Under the pieces are notes generated by a model. It worked only from the letters and a program-made list of their open reading frames with translations. It was not told the origin of the DNA and did no database searches. Positions 34,622 through 43,234 of a stretch of DNA of 64,000 nt are shown here, one piece after another. Every line of letters starts with the position of its first letter. Positions within the stretch are counted from its first letter, which is position 1. The translations under genes and the position numbers were made by a program. Source of the stretch: Pseudomonadota bacterium (lineage in GTDB: Bacteria; Pseudomonadota; Gammaproteobacteria; JAKAQQ01); the NCBI GenBank assembly GCA_027320085.1, contig DAHVLZ010000036.1:44403-108402 (forward strand). Reading direction: 5' to 3'.

Positions 34622-37298
34622 AGAACGCAGGATCCTCCTGGTCGACGGCACAGCTTACTTGTACCGGGCTTTTCACGCACTCCCCCCCCTCGCAACCTCC
34701 AGCGGCTTTCCCACGGGAGCCATCAAGGGAGTGCTCAACATGGTCCGCAATTTACGCGAACAGCACCCGGCACCTTGGGCCGCGATTGTTTTTGACAGTC
34801 CAGGTCGTTCCTTTCGCCATTCCATCTACACTCAGTACAAGGCCCAGCGTCCTCCCATGCCGGAATCATTGGGCATTCAGATTGCACCCCTGCAGGCCGC
34901 CCTCAAGGCCATGGGCTTTCCGGTCATCCAGGTTCCGGGCGTTGAGGCCGACGACGTGCTCGGCACCCTGGCCCATATGGCTGGCCAGAAGGGATTCCAT
35001 GTCTTTTTGTTCAGCACCGACAAGGACCTCGCTCAGCTCGTCACGCCCGTGATTACTCTCGTGAACCCCGTGACACGAGAGGCGCTGGACCGGGAGGGGG
35101 TCAAGGCTCGATATGGGGTCTGGCCTGAACAGATGGTTGATTTCCTAGCCTTGGTCGGAGATAGTTCAGACAATATTCCCGGTATCCCAGGTGTCGGTCC
35201 CAAAACAGCGACCCGCTGGCTCGAGCAATACGGATCTCTGGACAACCTGTGGGCACACCGGATGGAAATCCCAGGCCAGGCAGGCCAAGCCTTGCAGAAC
35301 GGACAGACTACGCTGGAGATGGCGCGCCGCCTTGTCACTTTGGACTGCAGTGTCCCGCTTGAGGAGCGTTTGGAGACTCTCCGTCTCTCCCCCCCCGACC
35401 CCGCACGCCTCAGCGAGACCTTGTCCTCACTAGAGATCCACGATCCCTCGGTCGCCTCGGACGGACCCGAGAAGGCCCCTGCGCTCGGGGCAGGAAACTC
35501 GATCTGCATCACTGACTGGGCCCAGTTCGAGCAATGGAGGGAACGTTTAGCCCGAGCAGACCTGATCGCGATCGATACCGAAACCACCTCACTCAACTAC
35601 CTGGAAGCCCGTCTCATCGGTCTGTCCTTCAGCCTCGACGGCGAGGAGGCGGTGTATCTGCCGCTCCGGCACCGACCCGAAACCGCTGGCACGCAATTGC
35701 CAGCGCAGACGGTTCTTGAGGCGCTGCGTCCCCTGTTGGAAGATCCGACCCACCCCAAAGTCGGGCACCATATCAAGTATGACCGGCACGTTTTCATGAA
35801 CGAGGGCATTGTGTTGGCCGGAATCCGTTCCGACACCATGCTTGAGAGTTATGTCTTGAACAGTACAGCAGGCCGACACGATCTCGATTCGGTAGCCTCA
35901 CGCTATCTCGGAATCCACAAGACCCCTTTCGAATCGCTAACCGGTCGGGGGCAGCACCGGAAGACGTTTGACGAGGTCTCCCTTGATCAGGCCACCGCCT
36001 ATGCCGGGGCGGACGCGTGGATCACTTGGCGACTTCACCAGAACCTCAGTCAGGCACTGGAAGCAACCCCCAGACTGGCCCGGATCGTTGATTCCATCGA
36101 AGTCCCGCTATCATCGGTTCTCTTCGGGATGGAGCGGACCGGTGTCCGGATTGACCGCGAACAGCTCGCCGAGCAGTCACATGAACTCGATCTCGCCCTC
36201 AGGACTTTGCGTGAGCAGGCTCATGGGCTTGCGGGCCACGAGTTCAATCTGGACTCGCCCAAGCAGCTGCAGATCGTCCTGTTTGACGAACTCGGCATCC
36301 CCGCCCAGGGGAAGACGCCCGGTGGACAGCGCTCCACCTCAGAAGCGGTGCTGGAGGAACTTGCTGCACACCATCCCCTTCCACGTCTGATCCTGGAATA
36401 CCGGAGTCTGGCCAAGCTCCGGTCGACTTATACGGAAAAACTACCCCAGGAAATTAATCCCCGCACTGGCCGGATCCATACGAGTTATCACCAAGCGGTC
36501 ACTGCCACTGGGCGGCTCTCTTCCTCGGATCCAAACCTGCAGAACATCCCGATCCGTACCGCAGCCGGTCAGCGGATCCGCCAAGCATTTATCGCAGAAC
36601 CCGGCTCTCACATTGTTTCCCTCGATTACTCGCAGATTGAACTTCGAATCCTGGCCCATTTCTCAAAAGATCCGGGTCTTTTGACTTCTTTTGCGGCGCA
36701 CCAGGATGTCCATCGCGCCACCGCGGCGGAACTTTTTGGTATCCCGGCGGAAGTCGTCAGCGAGGACCAGCGCAGGCTGGCCAAGACTATCAATTTTGGT
36801 CTCATTTACGGCATGTCCGCCTTTGGGCTCGCTCGACAGCTTGGGCTATCCCGTGAACTGGCCAAAAACTATATGGACCGTTACTTTTCCCGCTATTCAG
36901 GAGTCCGTGATTTTCTCGATACCACCCGGCGGCAGGCGCACCAGCAGGGTTTCGTTGAAACCCTGCTGGGCCGGCGTCTTTACCTGACAGACCTCAAGAG
37001 CCGTTCTCCTGGATTGCGACAGACCGCCGAGCGGGCTGCCATCAATGCCCCCATGCAGGGTACTGCGGCCGATATCATCAAGATTGCCATGATTGGTGCG
37101 GAACGTTGGCTCCGTGACCATGGCTGTGCATCCCGCCTCATCCTCCAAGTTCATGATGAACTGGTGCTTGAAGTTCCTGAAGAGGAACTCGATGCCGTCA
37201 CATCGGGCATCTCCCGGGAAATGACCTCTGCCGTGGAGTTGACGGTCCCCCTAACGGTTCAGGTGGGAGTAGGCCCCAACTGGGGGCTCGCTCACTGA
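34608..37298 (+). CDS. polA: DNA polymerase I
   Basis: 5'-nuclease (LVDGTAYLYRAFHA, GDSSDNIPG), 3'-5' exonuclease DTETT, polymerase motifs DYSQIELR, KTINFGLIYG, QVHDEL. Confidence 0.98.
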   Translation: MSAGEERRILLVDGTAYLYRAFHALPPLATSSGFPTGAIKGVLNMVRNLREQHPAPWAAIVFDSPGRSFRHSIYTQYKAQRPPMPESLGIQIAPLQAALKAMGFPVIQVPGVEADDVLGTLAHMAGQKGFHVFLFSTDKDLAQLVTPVITLVNPVTREALDREGVKARYGVWPEQMVDFLALVGDSSDNIPGIPGVGPKTATRWLEQYGSLDNLWAHRMEIPGQAGQALQNGQTTLEMARRLVTLDCSVPLEERLETLRLSPPDPARLSETLSSLEIHDPSVASDGPEKAPALGAGNSICITDWAQFEQWRERLARADLIAIDTETTSLNYLEARLIGLSFSLDGEEAVYLPLRHRPETAGTQLPAQTVLEALRPLLEDPTHPKVGHHIKYDRHVFMNEGIVLAGIRSDTMLESYVLNSTAGRHDLDSVASRYLGIHKTPFESLTGRGQHRKTFDEVSLDQATAYAGADAWITWRLHQNLSQALEATPRLARIVDSIEVPLSSVLFGMERTGVRIDREQLAEQSHELDLALRTLREQAHGLAGHEFNLDSPKQLQIVLFDELGIPAQGKTPGGQRSTSEAVLEELAAHHPLPRLILEYRSLAKLRSTYTEKLPQEINPRTGRIHTSYHQAVTATGRLSSSDPNLQNIPIRTAAGQRIRQAFIAEPGSHIVSLDYSQIELRILAHFSKDPGLLTSFAAHQDVHRATAAELFGIPAEVVSEDQRRLAKTINFGLIYGMSAFGLARQLGLSRELAKNYMDRYFSRYSGVRDFLDTTRRQAHQQGFVETLLGRRLYLTDLKSRSPGLRQTAERAAINAPMQGTAADIIKIAMIGAERWLRDHGCASRLILQVHDELVLEVPEEELDAVTSGISREMTSAVELTVPLTVQVGVGPNWGLAH

Positions 37299-37304
37299 TC
37301 CTAG

Positions 37305-37332
37305 GGAACTTCTTGGGAAACCCCCTGTCTTA
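37305..37332 (+). promoter_or_regulatory. sigmaE-type promoter downstream of polA
   Basis: GGAACTT-N16-TCTTA starting 6 nt after the polA stop; no ORF follows before a terminator. Confidence 0.75.
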
Positions 37333-37337
37333 ACGGT

Positions 37338-37442
37338 ATCTGTCTCCTTTCCGCTCTCCTCCCTGAGCGGAAGCGCCGACTGGTTTCCCCAACCACTCGG
37401 CGATGCCTAGCCCCGGCAACTTTTGGCGCCGGGGCTTTTTTT
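37338..37442 (+). ncRNA. Putative ~105-nt small regulatory RNA with C-rich loops (sX13/ErsA-like genomic position)
   Basis: Stem TTCCGCTC/GAGCGGAA with loop TCCTCCCT; stem CGCCGAcTGGTT/AACCAcTCGGCG with loop TCCCC; terminator hairpin; 5' end estimated from the promoter. Confidence 0.75.
37409..37442 (+). terminator. Rho-independent terminator of the sRNA/polA
   Basis: AGCCCCGGC-N10-GCCGGGGCT running into a T7 tract. Confidence 0.9.
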
Positions 37443-37952
37443 ATTTTGCAATCAATATCTTGGGAATATACCTGCCGCCGTTCGGCTCGGGCCCAAGATC
37501 ACATGAGGAAGGTGATGATCTGGTGGCGCCATCCATCGCGGATGCGCTTGAGGGTGTTTGTGGCCCGACACTCCTGTGATTGGGGCTATACCCCCTTAGC
37601 TAGCGGGGTTTGGCTGGGCGCTAGATCGGTTGGGGCCTGCCCTGCGATCGATGCACACGGGCACCCGGCGCTTCGGGTCTGGTGCCCAGACGAAACGATA
37701 CGCCCAACAGTTGAACCCGGAAGGTCGAACAATTCTCTGGCCCTGGCACCAAAATGCGAAGTGGGCCTGACGCCTCCCTTTGCCCAGGTTGGGATAGAAG
37801 AGTAGCAAAGGTGAACTTATACAGCGGGAGGCATTCAGCCCAAGGGGGCTCATTTTAGTGGAAGACGATGCTGTTTCGTCCAATGGCCCGGTCGCCTTTC
37901 CTTCCCAACCCACCGCAAAACACCCCTTGCCTGCAGCCTCAGCTTGGATCAA

Positions 37953-39224
37953 TCAGGTTTCAGAGTGGATTCGGTAGGTCGCAAGGTAGCGGGCAAACTG
38001 CTCACGGATAAGCGCCGGAGGCATGCTTTTGACCAGCGGCTTCTGAAAACGATTGGGTCGATAGCGTCCGGCCTGCGAATTCGTGAGGTATTTTCTGAAA
38101 TCCATATATTGTTCCTCCGACCAGGGCCAGCCCAAAAACCCGTAGAGCCGTTCCATGATTCCGACCGGATCCCGCGTCAGCTCGTCATAAAAAACATGGG
38201 TCACGCGTCCCTCTCGGCTTGCTGAAGCTTCCGAAAAGGCAATGATCCGGTTGGCTCCCTCAACCCAGCGGTCGGTCACCTTGTGCCGTATCTGTTCCAG
38301 CCCAATATTGTCGCTAAACAAACCATGCAAGAGGGCGGTCAGTGCCACAACCGAGGGGAGAACCGAGGCCGGATCACGGTGGGTCACAATGATCCGTGCA
38401 TCGGGATAGGTCCGGAGAAGCCCGTCTAAGGTAAACACGTGGTCCGGAGCCTTGAGCACCCAGCGCCCGGATCTGCCTCGGTGCTGAAGCAGCTGGAGAA
38501 AGCGGCGATGCAGTGCATAGGCGGGTTCTGGATCCCGCTGGTCCATCCATCGGAGGTACGAGGGAATCTCGTAGGTGCCATCAAAGCGGTAACTCTCGAA
38601 GCTGTGGCTCAGTATCTCGCTGCATTCTTGGGGAGAGTTCCATGTGGTCGGATAGACGCTCTGGAACTCCGGCTCCAGGAAATCGAACCAGGCGAGTTCG
38701 CGTCGAACCTTCCGTTTCAATATCCGAAAATCCGGGGGGTATCCCCGACCTGGACGCGGATAGGTCACCTCCCAGACCTGTGGCGACCGATTGGCCGGAT
38801 CCTGAAGGAATAGCGTTTGAAGGAAGGTGCTGGCCGTTCGTGGTAGACCCGTGATGAAGACGGGAGCAGAGAGCCCCTCCTGCTCGATTGACGGATCACG
38901 CTTCAGGGTTTCTGTGATCCAGAGCCGATTCACCAGCAGACGAAACGTATCCCAATGGAAGCTTAAACGACCGAGATGGCTAAGCTGAGCCTCGTCGACA
39001 ATGGTCTCTGAAAGCGTCCGGAGCGGCACCTCAACCGAAGGTTCGCCAAAGTCTACTAGTCCGGTTCTGCGGACTGCCTCTTCAAGAAGGTCATCGGGGT
39101 TGGCCCAATGATCCAGACCCGCAAGGCCAACCCAGAAGGGCCCCGTCCGGTTAACCAGGCCGCGGACGGATTTAGCCAACTGCCATCTCAGGGCATCACG
39201 GAGACCGTTTAACTGCGTACTCAT
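37953..39224 (-). CDS. PAPS-dependent sulfotransferase (Sulfotransfer_3/Stf-like)
   Basis: PVFITGLPRTASTFL (5'-PSB), SPQEC, WVLKAPDH, YPDARIIVTHRDP (3'-PB); start could be 39323. Confidence 0.9.
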   Translation of the reverse strand: MSTQLNGLRDALRWQLAKSVRGLVNRTGPFWVGLAGLDHWANPDDLLEEAVRRTGLVDFGEPSVEVPLRTLSETIVDEAQLSHLGRLSFHWDTFRLLVNRLWITETLKRDPSIEQEGLSAPVFITGLPRTASTFLQTLFLQDPANRSPQVWEVTYPRPGRGYPPDFRILKRKVRRELAWFDFLEPEFQSVYPTTWNSPQECSEILSHSFESYRFDGTYEIPSYLRWMDQRDPEPAYALHRRFLQLLQHRGRSGRWVLKAPDHVFTLDGLLRTYPDARIIVTHRDPASVLPSVVALTALLHGLFSDNIGLEQIRHKVTDRWVEGANRIIAFSEASASREGRVTHVFYDELTRDPVGIMERLYGFLGWPWSEEQYMDFRKYLTNSQAGRYRPNRFQKPLVKSMPPALIREQFARYLATYRIHSET

Positions 39225-39276
39225 CTGAATCTGCCCACAGAGTGCCGGACGATGCCGAGCTGCGATACCTGAGCTT

Positions 39277-40275
39277 TCATGAAGCGGCTCCAGCACGTTT
39301 GTGCCGTATCCAACGCGATTCAACCCGTTGCCAGGAGATCAGCAGTGGCAACCCAAACAGGAGATCCCGGAAACGCGTGGCTAAGGAGATGGCAATACCC
39401 ATGGCTGGGCTCATTTGTCCGATCGGAGCGAGGAGGGCATAAACCGCTTCCTGGATTCCGATACCACCTGGCATGAAAAAAGTAAAGGAACGCGCCGCCC
39501 GACCGAGGCACTGGAGCAGGAGGGCAAACAACAGGCTGCTGGAAAGGTCCATGATACGGAAAATGACCCAGATCTCGATACCACCCGCACCGATACTGAG
39601 CATCTGCCAGAGCATACAACGGACAAGCGCCCCGGGCCGTCTGTAGATTTCCCGAACCGCCTTCCTGAGCGACTGGGGGTCAGATGGCGTCGGGGCCGAC
39701 CGAAAACGGGTAGCCAGGCGGAGTCCCTGCCGGGTCATCCATCCAAAAACTCGGCCATTGACCTGTGCCCAGAAAATCAGCCCCAGAATGATCGCTGACC
39801 CTGCCAGAAGAAATCCCGCAACAACGGTGAGAGACGTCGCCCGGTGAAGCCACCCGAGCGCTGCAAGGAGTGTCATAAACACCAGCAGCCATTCACTCAC
39901 CACAGAGAGTGTTCCTTCGACAACCACGTTGGCCACGGCCTCGGCTAGTGGAACTCCTCGGATCCAGAGCAACCGGACGCCGGTCATTACTCCGCCCGCG
40001 CTGATGGGAACAAGAGCATTCATCGCCCCGCGGACGCAAGCGGCCCACCCAAGATAGGTGCGTGATAAGCGCTGACCCTGTTTCCAGAGCAGACCGCGCC
40101 AGCCTTCGCTGTCCAGCACAATGGCGAACACATGGAGGGGGACAAGCCAGAGAAGCCCCCATCCCGCGGTGATCAGCGCCCGCACGATGCCCTGCAGGCC
40201 AGAGCGAACCGCAAGCAGGACAATGCCCGCGATCCCGAGCGCCATAAGCAACGGGAGTCCGAAGGATCGTTTCAT
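39277..40275 (-). CDS. Lysylphosphatidylglycerol-synthase TM domain/HpnL-like putative flippase
   Basis: About eight TMs; NALVP..AGG...VRLL...GVP, FFMPGGIGIQEA, ISLATRFRDLLFGLP. Confidence 0.8.
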   Translation of the reverse strand: MKRSFGLPLLMALGIAGIVLLAVRSGLQGIVRALITAGWGLLWLVPLHVFAIVLDSEGWRGLLWKQGQRLSRTYLGWAACVRGAMNALVPISAGGVMTGVRLLWIRGVPLAEAVANVVVEGTLSVVSEWLLVFMTLLAALGWLHRATSLTVVAGFLLAGSAIILGLIFWAQVNGRVFGWMTRQGLRLATRFRSAPTPSDPQSLRKAVREIYRRPGALVRCMLWQMLSIGAGGIEIWVIFRIMDLSSSLLFALLLQCLGRAARSFTFFMPGGIGIQEAVYALLAPIGQMSPAMGIAISLATRFRDLLFGLPLLISWQRVESRWIRHKRAGAAS

Positions 40276-40461
40276 GAGCAGGTCGGCGTGGGAACTGGCT
40301 AATTTTATACCGGATAGGCGGATCAGGACCCAGAAACTGTCTAGCAGCTCTCCAACCGAAGGATCCGAATAGACGGTCCGACAGAGGCTCGGTTACAATA
40401 CGGAGATCGTGGATCCGCCAGTTTCTCAGTCCACCCAGCGTTATTGAGGAGTATCTGGACC

Positions 40462-41076
40462 ATGAAGTCGTCGGTGATTTTTTTGTTGTGCAGCATGAGC
40501 CTCGTCGTCATAGGTGGGACTGTACCGGCGTGGGCGGTAGTCGGCAGTGGTGCAACCTTGGCACAGAACGTCTGCTCAGCCTGCCATGGACCGGATGGCA
40601 ACAGTCTCACCCCCAGTTTCCCGAAGCTTGCAGGCCAAGGGCAGGCCTACATCATTCATTCACTAAAGGATTTCAAGTCGGGACGTCGAAGCAACCCGAT
40701 CATGTACTCGATGGCTCAAACCCTGACTCCGGCAGAAATGGACTCGGTTGCTCGCTTCTTCTCGAAACAGAAGATGTCACCTGGCACGGCGAATCCCAAA
40801 CTCGTGGCATTGGGCCTGCGGATTTTCCGCGGAGGCTTACCCAAACAAGGGGTTCCAGCTTGCATGGCCTGTCATGGACCGGCTGGCATGGGCAACGAAC
40901 CGGCGGTCTACCCTCGCCTTGCTGGCCAGTGGGCACCTTACCTGGTAAAACAGCTCCAAGCTTTTGCTCAGGGGAAACGAAAAAGCACGAATCACGGGAT
41001 GATGAACTATGTGGCCGCTCCCCTTACTCTGGTCCAGATGAAAGCGGTGGCAAGTTACCTTCAGGGGCTGCATTAA
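40462..41076 (+). CDS. Diheme cytochrome c4
   Basis: Signal peptide; CSACH and CMACH; PKLAGQ/PRLAGQ; axial Met motifs; GAGGAG RBS. Confidence 0.95.
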   Translation: MKSSVIFLLCSMSLVVIGGTVPAWAVVGSGATLAQNVCSACHGPDGNSLTPSFPKLAGQGQAYIIHSLKDFKSGRRSNPIMYSMAQTLTPAEMDSVARFFSKQKMSPGTANPKLVALGLRIFRGGLPKQGVPACMACHGPAGMGNEPAVYPRLAGQWAPYLVKQLQAFAQGKRKSTNHGMMNYVAAPLTLVQMKAVASYLQGLH

Positions 41077-41080
41077 ACTG

Positions 41081-41112
41081 ACTCGAGAGCAACCGGACGT
41101 CGAGTGTTTTTT
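41081..41112 (+). terminator. Possible weak terminator after cytochrome c4
   Basis: ACTCGA-N13-TCGAGT followed by GTTTTTT. Confidence 0.4.
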
Positions 41113-41136
41113 CCGCTAGCCGGTCAACCCCCAGAG

Positions 41137-41868
41137 TTAGCTCCCGGATTCCGCAAAGCATTCCGCGAAAAACGCGAGCGCCGCCTTCCAAGCCCGTTCC
41201 GCAGATCGTGGCTCGTAGGCAAATCCCTGGCTAGCGTCACGTCCTGCCTTCGGGTTGGTAAAACTGTGTACTGTCCCACCGTACAAGGTGAGCTGCCAGT
41301 CGACCCCACGAGTTCTCATCTCCTCTTGGAACGCCGTTACATCAGGCGGCGGGACAAAAGGATCGTCCGCTCCGTGCAACGCAAGAACGGCGGCATGGAT
41401 CTTTGGTGTTCGCGATGCCGTGGATGGAGCCAGCCCGCCGTGAAAGCTGACGACGCCCCGGGTTGAAGCCCCGCTGCGTGCCAACTCGAGAACGGCCGTC
41501 CCCCCGAAACAGAATCCGATCGCGCCCGTTGCCTCCTTTCGGACTTGCGGATGTTTTTTCATCTCCTCAAGGGCGGCATTCACTCGGCCGCGCAGGAGTT
41601 GCCGATCTCCAGATCGGTATTCGGTCGCCATCCGCGCTGCCGCTTCGACCGTTTGCGGCCGGTTCCGAACGCCATAGAGGTCCGCGGCAAAGGCCAAGTA
41701 ACCTGCCTGGGCTAGCCGCTGGGCAGATTCGCGCTCATGGTCACCGATCCCAAACCATTCATGGGCAATCAGAATTGCTGGGCGCGGCCCTGTCCCTTGG
41801 CCGTCGTAAGCGACGTATCCTTCCAAGTCCTCACTTTCGTGAGCGTACCTCACAATCTCGGTTTTCAT
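41137..41868 (-). CDS. Dienelactone hydrolase family protein
   Basis: HEWFG, GFCFGG nucleophile motif, SFHGGL, HGADDP, HSFTNP. Confidence 0.93.
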   Translation of the reverse strand: MKTEIVRYAHESEDLEGYVAYDGQGTGPRPAILIAHEWFGIGDHERESAQRLAQAGYLAFAADLYGVRNRPQTVEAAARMATEYRSGDRQLLRGRVNAALEEMKKHPQVRKEATGAIGFCFGGTAVLELARSGASTRGVVSFHGGLAPSTASRTPKIHAAVLALHGADDPFVPPPDVTAFQEEMRTRGVDWQLTLYGGTVHSFTNPKAGRDASQGFAYEPRSAERAWKAALAFFAECFAESGS

Positions 41869-41922
41869 GGAGCCTCCTCCTCGAAAGAAAATGTTTGTGC
41901 GGAACAGGAGCCTCGGGGATGG

Positions 41923-42564
41923 CTAGGAGGAGCGGGCGCGCTCCCGTCCGAGCTTGAGTTCCCGGGCAATTTGGGCCACATGCCGTCCTTGGGTTTCCGC
42001 AATGGCCAGTTCGTTTGCCGAAGGCTGCCGCCGCCCATCCGAGCCGGACAGGGTACCTGCCCCGTACGGGCCTCCACCCGTAATCTCTTCGAGCGTGGAA
42101 AGCCGGGTCTCGCTGTAAGGCACTCCCGCGATGATCATGCCTTGATGAAGAAGCACCGGATAGAAAGTCAGGGCGGTCGTTTCCTGGCCCCCATGCTGGG
42201 TCGCGGTCCCCATAAAGACGCTCGCGACCTTGCCAATAAGGGCACCCTCCGCCCAGAGCATACCGGTCTGGTCGAGGAAATTCTTCATCTGGGCACACAT
42301 GGTTCCATACCGGGTCGGGGTTCCGAAGAGAATGGCATCCGCATCACGAAGATCGTCGATTTGGGCCACGGGGACATGCGCAAAATTTTGGCGGGCGGCT
42401 TTGGCACCGGATTTTTCGAGCACAGCATCAGGGACCAGTTCCGGTACCTGGCTCACGATGACCTCGGTCTCGGGGACCGAACGGGCTCCCTCCGCCACCT
42501 TTTCCGCCATCCGGTAGAGATGGCCATACATGCTGTAGAAAATGATACGAAGCTTGGTTTTCAT
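41923..42564 (-). CDS. wrbA: NAD(P)H:quinone oxidoreductase WrbA
   Basis: YSMYGH, GTPTRYG, TATQHGGQETT, GGGPYGA. Confidence 0.96.
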   Translation of the reverse strand: MKTKLRIIFYSMYGHLYRMAEKVAEGARSVPETEVIVSQVPELVPDAVLEKSGAKAARQNFAHVPVAQIDDLRDADAILFGTPTRYGTMCAQMKNFLDQTGMLWAEGALIGKVASVFMGTATQHGGQETTALTFYPVLLHQGMIIAGVPYSETRLSTLEEITGGGPYGAGTLSGSDGRRQPSANELAIAETQGRHVAQIARELKLGRERARSS

Positions 42565-42610
42565 GGATTAACCTCTATCAATGCTCACAGGGGGAAATGG
42601 TGTAAATGGT

Positions 42611-43234
42611 TCAGCGGAGTTCTTTCCGGACACCCTTCGATGGATGTCTCACGATGACCGCATCGGCATTGAGAATCAGACGGACCCGGTTGGGCAGCAT
42701 CGGCAGGAAACCATCCACCCCGAACCAGGACCGCTCGAGTGAACCCCGGGCATCAAAACCGCAGGTTCGCTTCTGGTTGAGCGGGCTGATCGCACAGTGG
42801 ATCCGGGTCACCTGAAGCACGACCTGATGTGACACACCCCTCATCGTGAGGATTCCCGTCAGGGTCGCCTGCTGCCGTCCGTGAAACACCACATGGGTCG
42901 AGTGGAAAAATAGGTAGGGGTAACTTTTGGCGTCAAAAAACGGCTTAGCCATGAGATCATGGTCGCGCGGTGCATAACCGGTATCGAGTGAACGTACCCA
43001 GATCTTGGCCACAACCGCAGCCTGACCGGTTTTCCGGTTGAGCCGGAGGTACCCACGAGTCTTATTGAACTGCCCATGGATCATGGAGAAGACAAGGTGC
43101 CGGATCTCAAACTGGGGGAAAGTATGTGGCGGGTTGAGCCGGTAAATGGCAGCGTGTGCTGAGCCAATACAGAGGGCAAGACTCAGCAGGGCAATCCACG
43201 AAGGGGTGCCTTTTGGATGGTCAAGAGACATCAC
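42611..43234 (-). CDS. YceI family periplasmic lipid/isoprenoid-binding protein
   Basis: Signal peptide ending AHA; HT...F.I.HL.FS...GQF, SLDTG...RDHDL, FFDAKSYP, LTMRGV. Confidence 0.9.
   Translation of the reverse strand: MMSLDHPKGTPSWIALLSLALCIGSAHAAIYRLNPPHTFPQFEIRHLVFSMIHGQFNKTRGYLRLNRKTGQAAVVAKIWVRSLDTGYAPRDHDLMAKPFFDAKSYPYLFFHSTHVVFHGRQQATLTGILTMRGVSHQVVLQVTRIHCAISPLNQKRTCGFDARGSLERSWFGVDGFLPMLPNRVRLILNADAVIVRHPSKGVRKELR

Noticed and set aside
37338-37442. Calling the post-polA RNA Spot 42 (spf)
   Set aside because: The position matches, but I see no sequence resemblance to Spot 42; left as an unnamed sRNA.
37446-37952. ORFs 37446..37805(+) and 37596..37952(-); RNase P, tmRNA or 6S identity for the spacer
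   Set aside because: The ORFs have weak starts and no recognisable motifs; hallmark RNase P, tmRNA and 6S sequences are not present.
40462-41076. Cytochrome c4 plus aa3 oxidase as evidence of iron oxidation
   Set aside because: c4 near polA is a housekeeping arrangement, and no cyc2 or rusticyanin is in the window.
41737-42657. 306-aa ORF antisense to wrbA, and similar long antisense ORFs over pil, cox and ribosomal genes
   Set aside because: Typical GC-rich shadow frames opposite well-supported genes.
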